Assembly (NCBI RefSeq): GCF_006345805.1
Contig: NC_043006.1
Coordinates: forward strand, 22,010,001-22,074,000
Origin: Octopus sinensis
Taxonomy: Eukaryota
Reading direction: 5' to 3'
Length of the DNA stretch: 64,000 bases
The notes below the pieces were generated by a model that searched no databases, was not told where the DNA came from, and was given only the letters and a program-made list of their open reading frames with translations. This document shows, piece by piece, positions 36,903-50,280 of the stretch. A program made the translations under genes and the position numbers. The first letter of the stretch is position 1, and every line of letters begins with the position of its first letter.

Positions 36903-37606
36903 CACACGCACACACGCACACACATGCACACACACATACATACATAAATACATACATATATACATACATGCATACATATATACATACATACATACATGCA
37001 TGCGTACATACATACATACATACATATACATACATACATACATACATACATACACACATACATACATGCATACCTATACATAAATACATATTGAAAGTAA
37101 TAGGCATGAAGCTAATAGCTATATATCGATACATAATGAAACTAATTGAAATTGAAACCATATATTAGGGGAAGTATTAATAGAGATGTTATTGTTTCAC
37201 TTTTGACTCGTAATACGGAAACAATGATAAAAGATTGCTCCAGGCTTGCATTAGGCAAGAAGTTAAAAAAAATTTTTGACCCATGACACTGCATGGACTC
37301 TAAATAAGGCATGTGTAAAATTTGAATGAAATTCGTTAAGTAATTCTCGAGTTTTAGTGATACACACATACAGATACAGACAGACACACAGACACACACA
37401 TTCTCAGTATATATATATATAGATATTACTGTGATCACCGTGACCGACCAGGCTATCAGATGTTGCTGTACATCGCTGGTCACAATGCGCTTCGCATTAA
37501 TTTAGCCTTCAAATGACGCCACCCCGCTGGCTAAGCGAGCAGGCCAATATATAGATATATGTGTATGTATATATATGTATGTACGTACACACACACACAC
37601 ACACAC

Positions 37607-37651
<45 letters not shown>

Positions 37652-37774
37652 CATGCATGCATACATGTACAATTATAAATGAAGACTAGTTACGACAGAA
37701 AATTTTATCAATTTCTCTCACACCGCAACATAAAACTAGGTTATCAAACTATATGATGATTGATAACTGTGTCC

Positions 37775-37858
37775 GCCCGCATAGCTCAGTCGGTAGAGCA
37801 TCAGACTTTTAAGCATTAAGTGATCTGAGGGTCGCGGGTTCAAGTCCCTCTGTGGGCG
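37775..37858 (+). tRNA. tRNA-Lys(TTT), 11-nt intron, class A
   Basis: Identical gene body to the 7129 copy. T6 terminator follows. Confidence 0.92.
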
Positions 37859-38483
37859 TACTTCTTTTTTACTATATTCTTTGTGGTTTTTCTCATTGTT
37901 TACAATTTTGTTCCAATTGTTTTCATATTTGCTATATGGATTAAGTTTTGTATACTAATTATGAAAATAAAATTCATTTTTCATATTACTCCATGATTAA
38001 AAAGTTATTAGTCTTTAAGATTTGCAAAATTTAAATGTTTTAGCCAATCAGAATTGAGTATTTTACACATCACCGTGGCGAAAAGCTCTGTTTCCATAGC
38101 AACCAAAGATGCTGCATATGCACACAAGAAGAAGGTGATACGAGAAAGATAATCGTTTTGCTATAATAATATTCTTGTGTTTTTCTCTGTCACAACATAT
38201 GAATGAGAAAGGAAGGGGTGATAGATGAATAGGGAAGGAAAGGATGATGGCAAACTGGTAGTGTGAGTGTTTCAACTCTGTGTGAGTATATGGGCGCATG
38301 AGTGTGCGTGTACAAGGAAAGACGCAATGTTTTGATATGTTGACCCCCCCCCCCTCTCACCGATGATGGAAGAGGCAACGAATGCGCTGTTTTCTGATTG
38401 GCTGAAAATTCTGAAAATTTTCAAACTTTGAACACCTGTAACATCTTTGCAAATTTTTTCTGGAATAAATGAATAAATGAATA

Positions 38484-38865
38484 GGCGCAGGAGTGGCTGT
38501 GTGGTAAGTAGCTTGCTTACCAACCACATGGTTCCGGGTTCAGTCCCACTGCGTGGCATCTTGGGCGAGTGTCTTCTGCTATAGCCCCGGGCCGACTAAT
38601 GCCTTGTGAGTGGATTTGGTAGACGGAAACTGAAAGAAGCCTGTCGTATATATGTATATATATGTGTGTGTGTGTGTGTATGTTTCTGTGTCTGTGTTTG
38701 TCCCCCTAGCATTGCTTGACAACCGATGCTGGTGTGTTTACGTCCCCGTCACTTAGCGGTTTGGTAAAAGAGACCCATAGAATAAGTCCCGGGGTCGATT
38801 TGCTCGACTAAAGGCGGTGCTCCAGCATGGCCGCAGTCAAATGACTGAAACAAGTAAGAGAAAGA
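38484..38865 (+). mobile_element. SINE family A
   Basis: Paralog with a small internal deletion. Confidence 0.85.
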
Positions 38866-39416
38866 AAAGAAAACCAATTCGGATTCAGCGTCAAAGATTG
38901 CATCTATATGATACATTAGAAAAATGTAGATGGCTTCCAGAGGAGAAGAGTAGAAATTGCCTCGTTTTCAGCTCTACAACAATGTCCAGCAAACTGGATT
39001 CTTCTACCTTTCACAAGAGATGACACAGGTGGTAGTTTCCCATATATTTGCATGCTCAGCGTGCCAGCTCAGCTCTTTACCTGACTCGATGCACGTCGAA
39101 TGTTCACATGCTCTGCGCTCATGTTTAGGCATAATTTCCCTCTGTTGGACCCCCGTTTTGGTCACATAATGAATGGAGGAAATTACCTGTCTCACGCATC
39201 ACTCCAGCATGCTACACTGTCGTTCTTGCTAACCTCAGCAATTACCCGTGACAACAACACCAGACACGTTTCACTTCTGAAAACTTTCACGGCATTACAC
39301 ACACTACAATCCTTCAGCAAGATCTACGATATCATGGATTGAGAATGCACTCAGCTGCTCACCTGAGCTTATTTTACAGTGAATTCTGATACGTGCACCT
39401 GCACTCGTGTATATAC

Positions 39417-39645
39417 CTATTTCTTTATTACCCACAAGGGGTTAAACATAGAGGGGACAAACAAGGACAGATATAGGTATTAAGTCGATTACATTGACTC
39501 CAGTGCGTAACTGGTACTTATTTAATCGACCCCGAAAGGATGAAAGGCAAAGTCGACCTCGGCGGAATTTGAACTCACAACGTAACGACAGACGAAATAC
39601 CGCTAAGCATTTTGGCCAGCACGCTAATACTCCTGCCAGCTCGCC
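39417..39645 (-). mobile_element. SINE family B with 10-bp TSD gtgtatatac
   Basis: Absent at paralogous sites 15903, 28755 and 35103. Confidence 0.85.
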
Positions 39646-40209
39646 GTGTATATACTCTCATGCGCACGCGCTAACTTATTTTCCATACTGCTCAGTCACT
39701 AACTGCACATTTTGGCACGCAAAATGACACCGCTATTCGGACTCTCACCTGATATGCAAAATTTTTCCTCAGCTATGCATTTCTATTTCATTGTGTTCAA
39801 TTTCTCATTCCGATTTAATCATTGTATAACCCCAGTCCTTAAATGTTTTTGTTTTGTCCTTATGTTGTCCCCTCTTTGGTAGACCGTTTTGGTAATTAAA
39901 GAAACTAGTTAGTGAACGGAGACAACTAGAGTCATGGCCACAAGCTGGCAGCCACTAAAGACAAATGTTCAGAGGGAGAAAGAAGGTTACAATCAACGAA
40001 CTATGAGACACAACTTCCCTCGACTTCATGACTTTCACTAGCTCAATTTCTTTTCTCTTACAACATCATTCTATCACTATCTCTGGTTTATTACTACAAT
40101 TAGAACGTGTACACACATACAGGCCGAAATTTACTTCCTTAACCTCGCATGCGCTTTCAATTATATCACGCCTGCCCGTCGAGGCATAGAATTATATTAA
40201 GTAACGGTA

Positions 40210-40625
40210 CTCTTTTTCTCTTTTACTTGTTTCAGTCATTTGATTGCGGCCATGCTGGAGCACCGCCTTTAGTCGAGCAAATCGACCCCGGGACTTATTC
40301 TTTGTAAGCCCAGTACTTGTTCTATCGGTTCCTTTTGTCGAACCGCTAAGTGACGGGGACGTAAACACACCAGCATCGGTTGTCAAGCAATGCTAGGGGG
40401 ACAAACACAGACACACAAACATATACACACAAATATATATATATATATATATACATATATACGACAGGCTTCTTTCAGTTTCCGTCTACCAAATCCACTC
40501 ACAAGGCATTGGTCGGCCCGAGGCTATAGTAGAAGACACTTGCCCAAGGTGCCACGCAGTGGGACTGAACCCGGAACCATGTGGTTGGTAAGCAAACTAC
40601 TTACCACACAGCCACTCCTGCGCCT
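40210..40625 (-). mobile_element. SINE family A, full length
   Basis: Absent at paralogous sites 18150 and 30998. Confidence 0.85.
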
Positions 40626-40981
40626 ATAAATAATTTCTTTACAACTTCGATCACTGTTATTCTTCCATCTTGCACATCTACAACAACAACAGCAACCGTT
40701 ACACGGTGACCACTGATTCCACCTTAACCATACCGTCACAATTGGTAACCCTCGACTACAACGAATAACAACGCCGATGCAGCGACATTTTCTCTGTCGT
40801 TACGTTCTGCGTTCAAATTCCGCTGAGGTCGACTTTGCCTTTCATCCTTTCGGAATACCAGTTGAACACTAGGGTCGATTTACCCTAAACACGCCGGCCT
40901 TGCGCTGAAAATTGAAATCAATATCAAAAGTGACTTCCGCCATTCCTTAATTGCTATTTTTTATTAAACTCAAAATTAATG

Positions 40982-41562
40982 GGATCTTTTCAGTTTGACC
41001 GGCAGTTTTTAAAAATAATTTCCACGTAACTAAACACTTTTAAACTTCGTATACTGGTAGAATGTGTTTACAAAACATCTTTTTCTCTTAGCTTTATTGA
41101 GAAAATTCTATGGTTTGTTAGATATTTGTTGATTTTTTTCTTCAATTTCTGTAATTTCAACCAATCAATGACGTCTATTGAGGTGAAAATATTCTGTACC
41201 GTATGAATATGTCCCTCGTTTAAGAAACAGATTGGGTTTATTTACATTTCTGAAGAAAAAAAATAACCTTCCCCCCCACCCCTAACCCTAACTAACCTTA
41301 ACCCTAAAACAGATTGAAATGCAATAGATCGATACTAGGGTCATAATTATGAATGACAATTTCATATGACACCGCTAGAAAAAACTGCCGGTCAAACCGA
41401 AAAGATCCAAAACAACAAATATCTTACAAACTATAGAATTTTCTCAATAAAGCCAAGAGAAAAAGATGTTTTATAAACACATTCTACCAGTATACGAAGT
41501 TTAAAAGTGTTTAGTTACGTGGAAATTATTTTTAAAAACTGCCGATCAAACCGAAAAGATCC
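40982..41562. mobile_element. Merlin-like MITE (40982-41408) plus an adjacent inverted terminal fragment (41409-41562)
   Basis: Three GGATCTTTTC-type TIRs. Confidence 0.75.
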
Positions 41563-41786
41563 CAGGATTCCGCGAAACATCTAACGTCCAACTATTCAAG
41601 TTAAGAGCCACTTAATTAACTCAGAACTGTGTCGTGAACCGGAATATCTTTCAATTTACAGGTTTTTTTTAAAAAAGGGGACGTAAATCTCTCATGGTTA
41701 ATATATTGCATGAATTACTGCCCTTACATTAATTGTTTTGCCCTCCGGTCGACTCAACCAGTATCCCATCTTTTATGTGTCTAAGA

Positions 41787-41867
41787 CAGTGGTTCCCAAC
41801 CCGTGGTCCGCAGACCCCTGATGGACCGCGAGGGTAGTACTGGGTGTATACGAACAAAATTCAAAAG

Positions 41868-41904
<37 letters not shown>

Positions 41905-41985
41905 CTAAACATATTAAAAGGGGTCCGTGGAAAAACTCATTTAAAGAAAAGGGGTCCTTGGTAGTGAAAAGGTTGGGTACCACTG
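41787..41985. mobile_element. hAT (Charlie-like) MITE
   Basis: TIR cagtggttcccaacc / ggttgggtaccactg. 8-bp TSD gtctaaga / atctaaga. Confidence 0.85.
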
Positions 41986-42982
41986 ATCTAAGACTAACAC
42001 TACATTGCGTCGTAATTGAAAAAAAAAAAAGAATAACACGGGGATGTATAAAAATATCATGGTTTACTGGAAATACCGAAACGAAAGTGATATACTGCTT
42101 ATAATTTGTTTCTTATTTCAGTAAGGAACAAAAATGTTTTACTTCAAAGAGAAAAACAAATATTTTCATAAAAAAGTATTTATTTTGACTGGAGAAAAGC
42201 ATTTTGATAACTTATCAAAATAATAAAAAATAATTCTAAGTTGAAATGATGTTTAAGAGTAATCAAAAATGTCTTAAAGATACACATTTCCTCTCGCCAT
42301 AGAAATTCGAAAATGTATGTTTGAAACATGTCACCTTTGTATCCACTCATTCTTTAAAAAATATTTAGTACACGATTCCATAAGCATTCAATCCTCATGA
42401 TCTGAATCAACCAAATATTATTATGAAGATAATTACTTTCGTTTGGATATTTCAATTAAATCATATTATTTTTAATTTCTTTCCCTTCTTTGTCTTTAAA
42501 ATTCGGTCACGATTCTCCACATTTAGCCATTGTCTATTGCATCTAGACCATTTTATTTTGAAGATGGTGAAGTATAATTGTATGATTTAAAGGAAATTTA
42601 GCTGGTTTTCTTTTTCTAGAAGATTGAGCAACATCATAGAGGTTCTCTTATTGACTCAATATTTACTAAGATAGCCAACTCTTGACATAAGAAACATTAC
42701 CAAATTTGCACGAAATCTACCCTTTGGTTTCATTCTGAATTAAGCTTTTAATTGTTTCTGGCCAGTTAAATTTTGCAAAAGAAAGTTGTTCGCCCAGAAA
42801 GAGAACAGGTGGTCTTACCCTCTGTCCCTGGGTAAGAGGTAGGTGCCTCGTCTGGGACGCCACACTCTGTAACTAGTTCGCTCCCTCCCACACTCTGGAT
42901 GCTGCGGTAAATGAGAGGGCCACTATTTTCGTAGCCGAACGGAACAAAACCCTAAAGAATCGGGACCTGGCATTGAACTGTC

Positions 42983-43759
42983 GGATCTTTTCCTTTTGAA
43001 CGGCACTTTGTAACATAATTTCTAGGTAACTAAAAAGTTTTAAACTTCGTATACTGGTAGAATGTGTTTATAAAACATCATTTTCTTTTGGCTTTATTGA
43101 GAAAATTCTATAGGTTGTAACATATTTCGTCTAAAATTTCTTGTATTTCGGCAATTTTAACCAATCAATTACCTCCATTGACGTAAATAAAATTCTCTGC
43201 ATTATGAATATGTCCCTCCTTTAAGAAACAGATTGGGTTTATTTACATTTGTGAAGAAAAAAGATACCCTAACCCTAAATCTAAAATAGATTGAAATGCG
43301 ATAGATCGATACTAAGGTTATAATTATGAGTGACAATTTCATACGACACCGCTACGGAAAATGGGATGTTTTTCTAGCGGTGTCAAATGAAAATGTCACC
43401 CATAATTATGGCCCTAGTATCGATCTATTGCATTTCAATCTATTTTAGATTTAGGGTTAGGGGTTGGGGAAGGGTATCATTTTTTCTTTGCAAATGTAAA
43501 TAAACCCGATCTGTTTCTTAAAGGAGGGACATATTCATTATACACAGAATGTTATTTACGTCAACGGAGGTAATTGATTGGTTAAAATTGACGAAATGCA
43601 AGAAATTTTAGACGAAATATGTTACAACCTATAGAATTTTCTCAATAAAGCCAAGAGAAAATGATGTTTTATAAACACATTCTACCAGTATACGAAGTTT
43701 AAAAGTGTTTAGTTAACTAGAAATTATGTTACAAAGTGCCGTTCAAAAGGAAAAGATCC
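42983..43759. mobile_element. Fully palindromic Merlin-like MITE with perfect 8-bp TSD
   Basis: TSD gaactgtc at 42975-42982 and 43760-43767. Arms of ~370 bp. Confidence 0.9.
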
Positions 43760-45592
43760 GAACTGTCTCTTCCAGCCTGTTGCGTTTGAGGCATTTGTTG
43801 GGACCTGGCCACTAAAGGCGAATTTCTTATCATCGTTGGCAGCTCACCTGTGAGGGTGCTTGGCTTTTCCAACGCCCTAGCCTCGCCATTGCTCGTGGTA
43901 ATGCCGCGAGCGTGCTGGCTTGCTTTAGTAGATTCTGCTGAATTTTGTGGTATGCGACCAACTGAAGCACTTGGTACTGCATTGATTTTTTTTCTTTTTC
44001 CCTTTTTTTCTTTTTCTTTTGTAAAATATATACCTTTTTATATTTTGCATAAAATGTACTTGATAATAAAAGAAAAAAAAATCAGATGCCATTCTTCTCT
44101 ATTCCGAGAGGGTTTCTGTGGCTTGAAGCCCTTCCTAACACCCTACAAAGTATTCAGTGTGCATTTTTTTTTGTTTTTCGTGGTATCAACGCTACAGCAG
44201 TTACCTTGGACCACCACACCTGGTAGAAGAGCCCCCTCGACACTACGTTGTCTTTGCTGGAGTCGAGATTGTAATGGGTATGTATGTATGTGTGAGTGTG
44301 TGTATGTATGGGGACACCAGCACCAGTGAGATTGATTTGTAGCAAGAGGGCTCTTCCGACTGAAACAAGAATAGGAGAGCGTGATTACTTTGGCGAGGTG
44401 TTGAGAGATGGTAAAGAATGATGGAATAGCTTTATTGTGGGTGGTAGGATAGAGAGTAACGAAGAGGGTTTTGTAGAAGGGACAAAGGAGACAGCAGTGT
44501 TGGAGGGTTAGCGAGACAGAGAAGAAAGAGTAAAATGGTCATGTGGTGTAGGTAAAAGAGAGAGAGAAAGAAAGTAATGAGTGTGAGGAAGAGGCTATGT
44601 GGAGAAGGTCATCGAAAGGAGGAGGGATTTGGGGGAGTTGTAGATTGGCCAAAGAGGGAGTGAGAGAAAGAAATAAGGTGTTGAGATAACCTGTGTGTGT
44701 GTGTGAGTGTAAGAGCATATGTACGCATACACATTAGTGTTTCTCGCCTAATCTGCCCATTGTAATCTTCGTATTTCTAAAGGTGGAAGCCAAAAAAGTT
44801 TTCACCGAAAGAAGTTAAAAACAAGAAAAAATAAATAGTAAATAAATATATAATGAAGGGTATAGTAAATAAATATATAATGAAGGGTGGGAAAAAAATT
44901 TAAAATTTAAAAATTATTTTGGCGTAACTTCGGTATAGGTACCGGAAGTACCGGATACATTTCAAGAAAGTGTTTTTTTTATATATGGGGTGTAGGATTA
45001 GGGGTGGGAGAATAGCATTTCTGTTATCTTCAGAAATGTAAACAAAGTCACGTGTGTACCTATACCGAAGGATCGCCACTATTTTTTTAAAAATCGCAAT
45101 CACTATTGTTGAAAATATAAAGAGAAAAACGGAAGAAATTTTTGGAAAAAAAAAGAAAGAAAAAATAAAAACAATGAGTGTTAGTCTAGACATAGCATAA
45201 TAATAGTGTTACTATTTCCACTGAAAATAGCTTTAATGGTGTCAATATTGCGATTTTCAATTTGGCATCATAATCCGCAAGAATGCCGCAAAATTATTTA
45301 CCCAACGAAACCCTATCACATGATTTTATCCGTCTCTGACTTTATTCTACAGATAGAAATTACCTGAGTCGGCACGTGACCTCTAGCTGTAAGGGGAGAT
45401 AATCCACAGCAGAGGTCAATCGTCATCAGGCTTTTCATTAACAACAGTCGTTAAATGAACAAGGTCTGAGTTATTACGGAGGGTTTCTTTTTGGGTTTTT
45501 TTCTATTGTTATTTTATCAGTTGAGCGTAAAAGAGAAGGAAATCATCTCTGTCTTTGCATTCTGTTAAGATTTCTATCTAAAATCCTCAGAA

Positions 45593-45679
45593 ATGGTGTT
45601 TTTAACGCCGGTAAATGCTGTCCGGAATCGAGGACCACACAGGTTTTGGAAACGTGCGATGTACAGAAGATTAGCATGG
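45593..45679 (+). CDS. MRPL20: Mitochondrial ribosomal protein L20 (bL20m), coding exon 1
   Basis: MVFLTPVNAVRNRGPHRFWKRAMYRRLAW followed by a GTAAG donor. Resembles the animal MRPL20 N-terminus (MVFLT...RNR). Confidence 0.9.
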
Positions 45680-46998
45680 GTAAGATTTATTATTATTACT
45701 ACTAGTAGTAGTTGTTCTTGTTGTTGTAGTATTGTTATTTTCGGGTAATTTTCAAGCTTTTATATTAATTCTCATTTTCTTTCGACACTTCACGTATTGA
45801 TTCATATCCCTTCGAGGACAACTTTGTCTTTCATTCCTTAGGGGTCGATAAAATATATTGCCGTACATACAATCACTGGCGTGTAATCATTTAGTTCTTT
45901 TACCATTAAAATTCCTGGTCTTTTACATAAATTAAAAATAGAATTACCATTAAGGTACTAGTATCGTAGAGTGGTACCTAGAAGGTACCGGGACCACTCT
46001 ACGCTACTAGTACCTAGAATTAATTCACATTCTATGTTACAACAGGGAATTCCATCGCCAGACACGCACTGACACACACTCATACATAAACACGGCGTGA
46101 ATTGGCTTGGCTGGAGTTGGAACCGGCTAGCATTAAAAAAAAAATTAATGTGCTTAATCACACGAATTCCAGTTCGTAGAATACGAATTCGCAAAAATTT
46201 CCTCAAAATAAAATAGTTAGGAAGCGTTATATGGTGTGCTTCGATCAGAATTTTACCTGCCGGAGTTTAATTTACGACAGCATTTAAAATAATCTAAGTA
46301 GGAAATGTCACATAAGCCAGTATCGAAAATGAAACCAGTTATTTTCCATTAAGACTGTCTCCAATTCTTGTTTTTGTTCTCGATTATAATTATTTATTTT
46401 ATCTATGTTTATACAGAATAGTACCAAACATTACAAATTCTTCCTTTCTTCACGGTACCTAATTAATTTCTGTTTTTAATATAAATCTATTTACGCACTT
46501 TCAAAATCATATAGTCTGTCATTATTGAAATTTGAACAGACTATTTTACGGAGTTGATATTTATTTTTACATTTGATAAATAGTATTTGTTAACCACATA
46601 CGTAACTTACGGATTTTTTGTTTTAAACCTAAACATCAAAAAATTGTTTCACATCCCCCGTTTCTTGTGTTCTACGAATAATCACAGCGTGGTTTTATTT
46701 TTGACTGATCGATTTTTTTTTTTAACTGTAAGACTGCAACAGAAATATTTCAGTCCTAAAGTGCTCTGCTGATTCACCCACTAGAGTACGTTACTGTACA
46801 CACACACACACACACATTGAGTTAGGGATTTTTTTTCATACACATTCACGCCTTCTGAGATGCAGTCAAAGATAAGCCACCCTCTCAAAAACCCAACTTC
46901 TTTTACTAACACTCAATAAATATTAATTGATTTTTATGTTGTTCCTTGATTCCAAGAAAAATTTTCAGCACCTATAAAGAGAAAAGGTCAATCTAGCA

Positions 46999-47199
46999 CA
47001 GTGGTTTTCAACCAGGGTTCCACCAGCACAGTCCAGGGGTTCCGCAAGAAGTTACAAAACTGCTAAAATCGGCAGTAATTTTTAATTCTCCTGTGCAGAT
47101 ATGTGTGCATAAGACTATTAAATTATTGCATAGGGGTTCCTCGAGCCAGTGGAATATTTCCTTGGGGTTCCGCTCCAGCAAAAAGTTTGAAAAGCACTG
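46999..47199. mobile_element. hAT (Charlie-like) MITE
   Basis: TIR cagtggttttcaa / ttgaaaagcactg. Perfect 8-bp TSD atctagca. Confidence 0.9.
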
Positions 47200-47924
47200 A
47201 TCTAGCACAAAACTTCTCTTGGAATATTATTTGCTCAAACTGTTCAATCTATTATCAACCATCACCAGTGTATATCTAACTTTTACTTGTCACTGTTTAA
47301 TAATAAGATTGTAGCAGAAATTAATATGAATTTAGTTCTGACATTTTTTTGGTGGCAGAGGGGTGATAATGACAAGTATGGCTAAGACAGTTTATTTTGC
47401 AACAATACGGTTTCAGGCTCAGTGTCTGTGTGTGGTGCCTTGGCAGTGTCTTCCACTATAGTCCCCAGCCAACCAATGTCCAGCACCACAGGCCATGCAG
47501 AACCTTCGTACAAACAACAAAGCAGGCCTCCTTGCATCATTTGGCTTGTAAGCTCTCAAACCTTACAAATTACAGCCAGTCCTTATGGTTCTTTACCAAA
47601 AATGTCTCTGCCAACATTGTAGCATTTTCCTTTCTTTCACTCTTCTCACTTTTGATGGGTCTTTAAGCAGTACTCCCTTCACATTTGCTACTTGTTTTGC
47701 AGCAATTTCCATACTGTACCACATTAACCCTTTAGCATTCAGATTTCTTTGTCAAATGCATTGCTTATCTATTTGTATTATTTTGAATTAATCACACATT
47801 ATCTTGTAGCTTCAAAATTTCAATGATGTGTTTGTATATTTTTAGAATGACATTGTAGGGCAGGTGTGGAAGGTTGGATCTGGTCAGTTTTAAAATAAAA
47901 CAGGTAGAATATCTGGGTCTGATA

Positions 47925-48200
47925 TCATCATCATCATCATTTAACGTCCGCTTTCCATGCTAGCATGGATTGGGCGGTTCAACTGGGGTCTGGGACCAGA
48001 AGGCTGCACCAGGCCCAGTCTGATCTGACAATGTTTCTACGGCTGGATGCCCTTCCTAACGCCAACCACTCCGTGAGTGTAGTGGGTGCTTTTTATGTGC
48101 CACCAGCACGGAGGCCCGTCGGGGCGGCGCTGGCAACGGCCACATTTGGATGGTTCGCTTACGTGCCACCGGCACTGGTATCACAGCTACAATTTCCATT
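47925..48200 (-). mobile_element. Non-autonomous RTE-related retroposon with (ATG)n tail
   Basis: (cat)n-ttaacgtccg...gctggatgcccttcctaacgccaacc. Other copies at ~50282-50470, 57420-57720, 58222-58530 and 61078-61240. Confidence 0.65.
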
Positions 48201-48430
48201 GATGTTGATCGATTTCGATTTGGATTAATTGCTATTGGGTTAATCTTCTCCAAAACAAATCTTTCTTCATCAGTCTTGCAATCATACACATATATACTGT
48301 TATTCCCCGTTACTACACATCAGTGGCTGTGTGAGCTACGAATCCTCGTCTCCACCGTTATGACACTGTTATATAGAGGGAGGTATCCTCGTCACCACTT
48401 TTATGTAGTAACATATACATAACATATATA

Positions 48431-48775
48431 GGCGCAGGAGTGGCTGTGTGGTAAGTAGCTTGCTAACCAACCACATGGTTCCGGGTTCAGTCCCACTGCG
48501 TCGCATCTTGGGCAAGTGTCTTCTGCTATAGCCCCAGGCCGACCAATGCCTTGTATATATATATGTATGTGTGTGTGTCTGTGTTTGTCCCCCTAGCATT
48601 GCTTGACAACCGATGCTGGTGTGTTTACGTCCCCGTCACTTAGCGGTTCGGCAAAAAGAGACCGATAGAATAAGTACTGGGCTTACAAAGAATAAGTCCT
48701 GGGGTCGATTTGCTCGACTAAAGGCAGTGCTCCAGCATGGCCGCAGTCAAATGACTGAAACAAGTAAAAGAAAAG
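48431..48775 (+). mobile_element. SINE family A (an older, diverged copy follows at ~48873-49280)
   Basis: Family head and tail motifs. Confidence 0.85.
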
Positions 48776-49289
48776 AAAGAAAGTGCAAAATACCTCCTTT
48801 CATTCCAACTGACCCTGACAATGGTTCTTCTATTACTTTCAACAATGTGCCCTAGTGTTTATCTCTATCATTGCACAGGCATGACTGTGTGGTAAGGAGT
48901 TTGCTTCCCAACTACATGGTTCCAAGTTCAGTCCCACTGCGTGGAATCTTGGGCAACTGTCTTCTACTATAGCTCAGGCTGTCTAAAGCCTTGTGAGTGG
49001 ATTTGGTAAATGGAAACTGAAAGAAGCCTGTCATATGTATATATATGAGTGTGTGTGTGTATATGTCTTTGTATCTGTGTTTGTCTCTCATCACCTCTTG
49101 ATAAGCAGTGTTGGTGTGTTTACATCCCTATAACTTAGTGCTTCAGCAAAAGAGACCAACAGAATAAGTACTAGGCTTAAGAAATAAGTCCTGAGGCCAA
49201 TCTGTTCAACTAAAACCCTTCAATGCGGTGCTCCAGCATGGCTGCAGTCAAATGACTGAAACAAGTAAAAAATAAAAGAATAAACTCTT

Positions 49290-50280
49290 CAATCACTCTT
49301 TCTACAAGGTTATATCCTGATTTTTGTAAATGCAATATTTTGTATTCCATTCCTAGGAACAACAAATTCTCTGATCCTGCCAATTATTGACCTACCACAC
49401 TAATTTCCAACCCCTCAAAATGGAAACAAACATTAACAACAATGTTCTCCACAACCTTGAATCTTTCTCTTCCCTTAATGACTACTTGTCTGGCTTTCAT
49501 AAAACCAAATCTACTGGTGAAATTTTTTTATGTGACCCACCAATGAGCTCTTGCCACAAGAAATTTAGTGAAAACAGGGTTATTGTACTTGACATCAACA
49601 AGACATTCAACTGTATCTGATAGATGAGTGCTGAAGCAACGCTGCAAGCTATCTTCTCTGTCTTACACTGCTGGCTTTCTGTCAGATCTAGCCATCACAG
49701 TGTGTTTGCTAATGGAACCCCCTCTACTGACACCAGTGTGCTCCAAAGTTCAATTTCGCACTCCCTCATTCTTCTTTCTATACATCAATGATGTACTTTC
49801 AACAACATCCACTTCTGTGCAGATGATATCATCATTCTTCTGCACTGAAGCATCATTCACAAGCAGCCTAAACACTTCATGCCAAGTCTGCAGTGACTTC
49901 GTTAAGAAAAACCTTAATAACATCAGAACCTTGGTGGGGTCATCACAATCTTGTTTCCTTTGATAACTCAAACACATTTTCTACACATACCAAACCCTCT
50001 CATCCCCCCACCATTGTACCCTTCCTCCTAAACATGGACGACATACACAACTCCCAAAGTTGCTACAAATGTTAGGCCTCGCTGTCATTGAGGATCTCTC
50101 CTGATGAATGCACATCCTTGACATGACAAAGAATGCACCACGAAGACTGACCTTGTTCACAGCTACAAAAATAACATCAATGTCCAACAGCAATAGCCTT
50201 CTATAAGACTCTGGTGAGGTCTACAATGGAGTAATGCTCCTACATCTGGGATGGAGTTGTTACAAATATGGGTATCCTAG
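49290..50280 (+). mobile_element. Decayed non-LTR reverse transcriptase (Jockey/I/CR1-like)
   Basis: Remnants SGFHKTKSTG, VIVLDINKTFNCI (cf. LDISKAFD) and FFLYINDVL. Confidence 0.7.

Larger units (their letters stand above)
34621..40795 (+). repeat. Two further deleted or rearranged copies of the duplication unit (~34621-38923 and ~38924-40795)
   Basis: Both start at the same junction, gatacattagaaaaatg|tagatggcttccagagg, which joins sequence equivalent to ~21700 to sequence equivalent to ~28276. Confidence 0.85.

Noticed and set aside
44835-44888. Two-copy 26-bp direct repeat upstream of MRPL20
   Set aside because: A simple local slippage duplication with no evidence of function.
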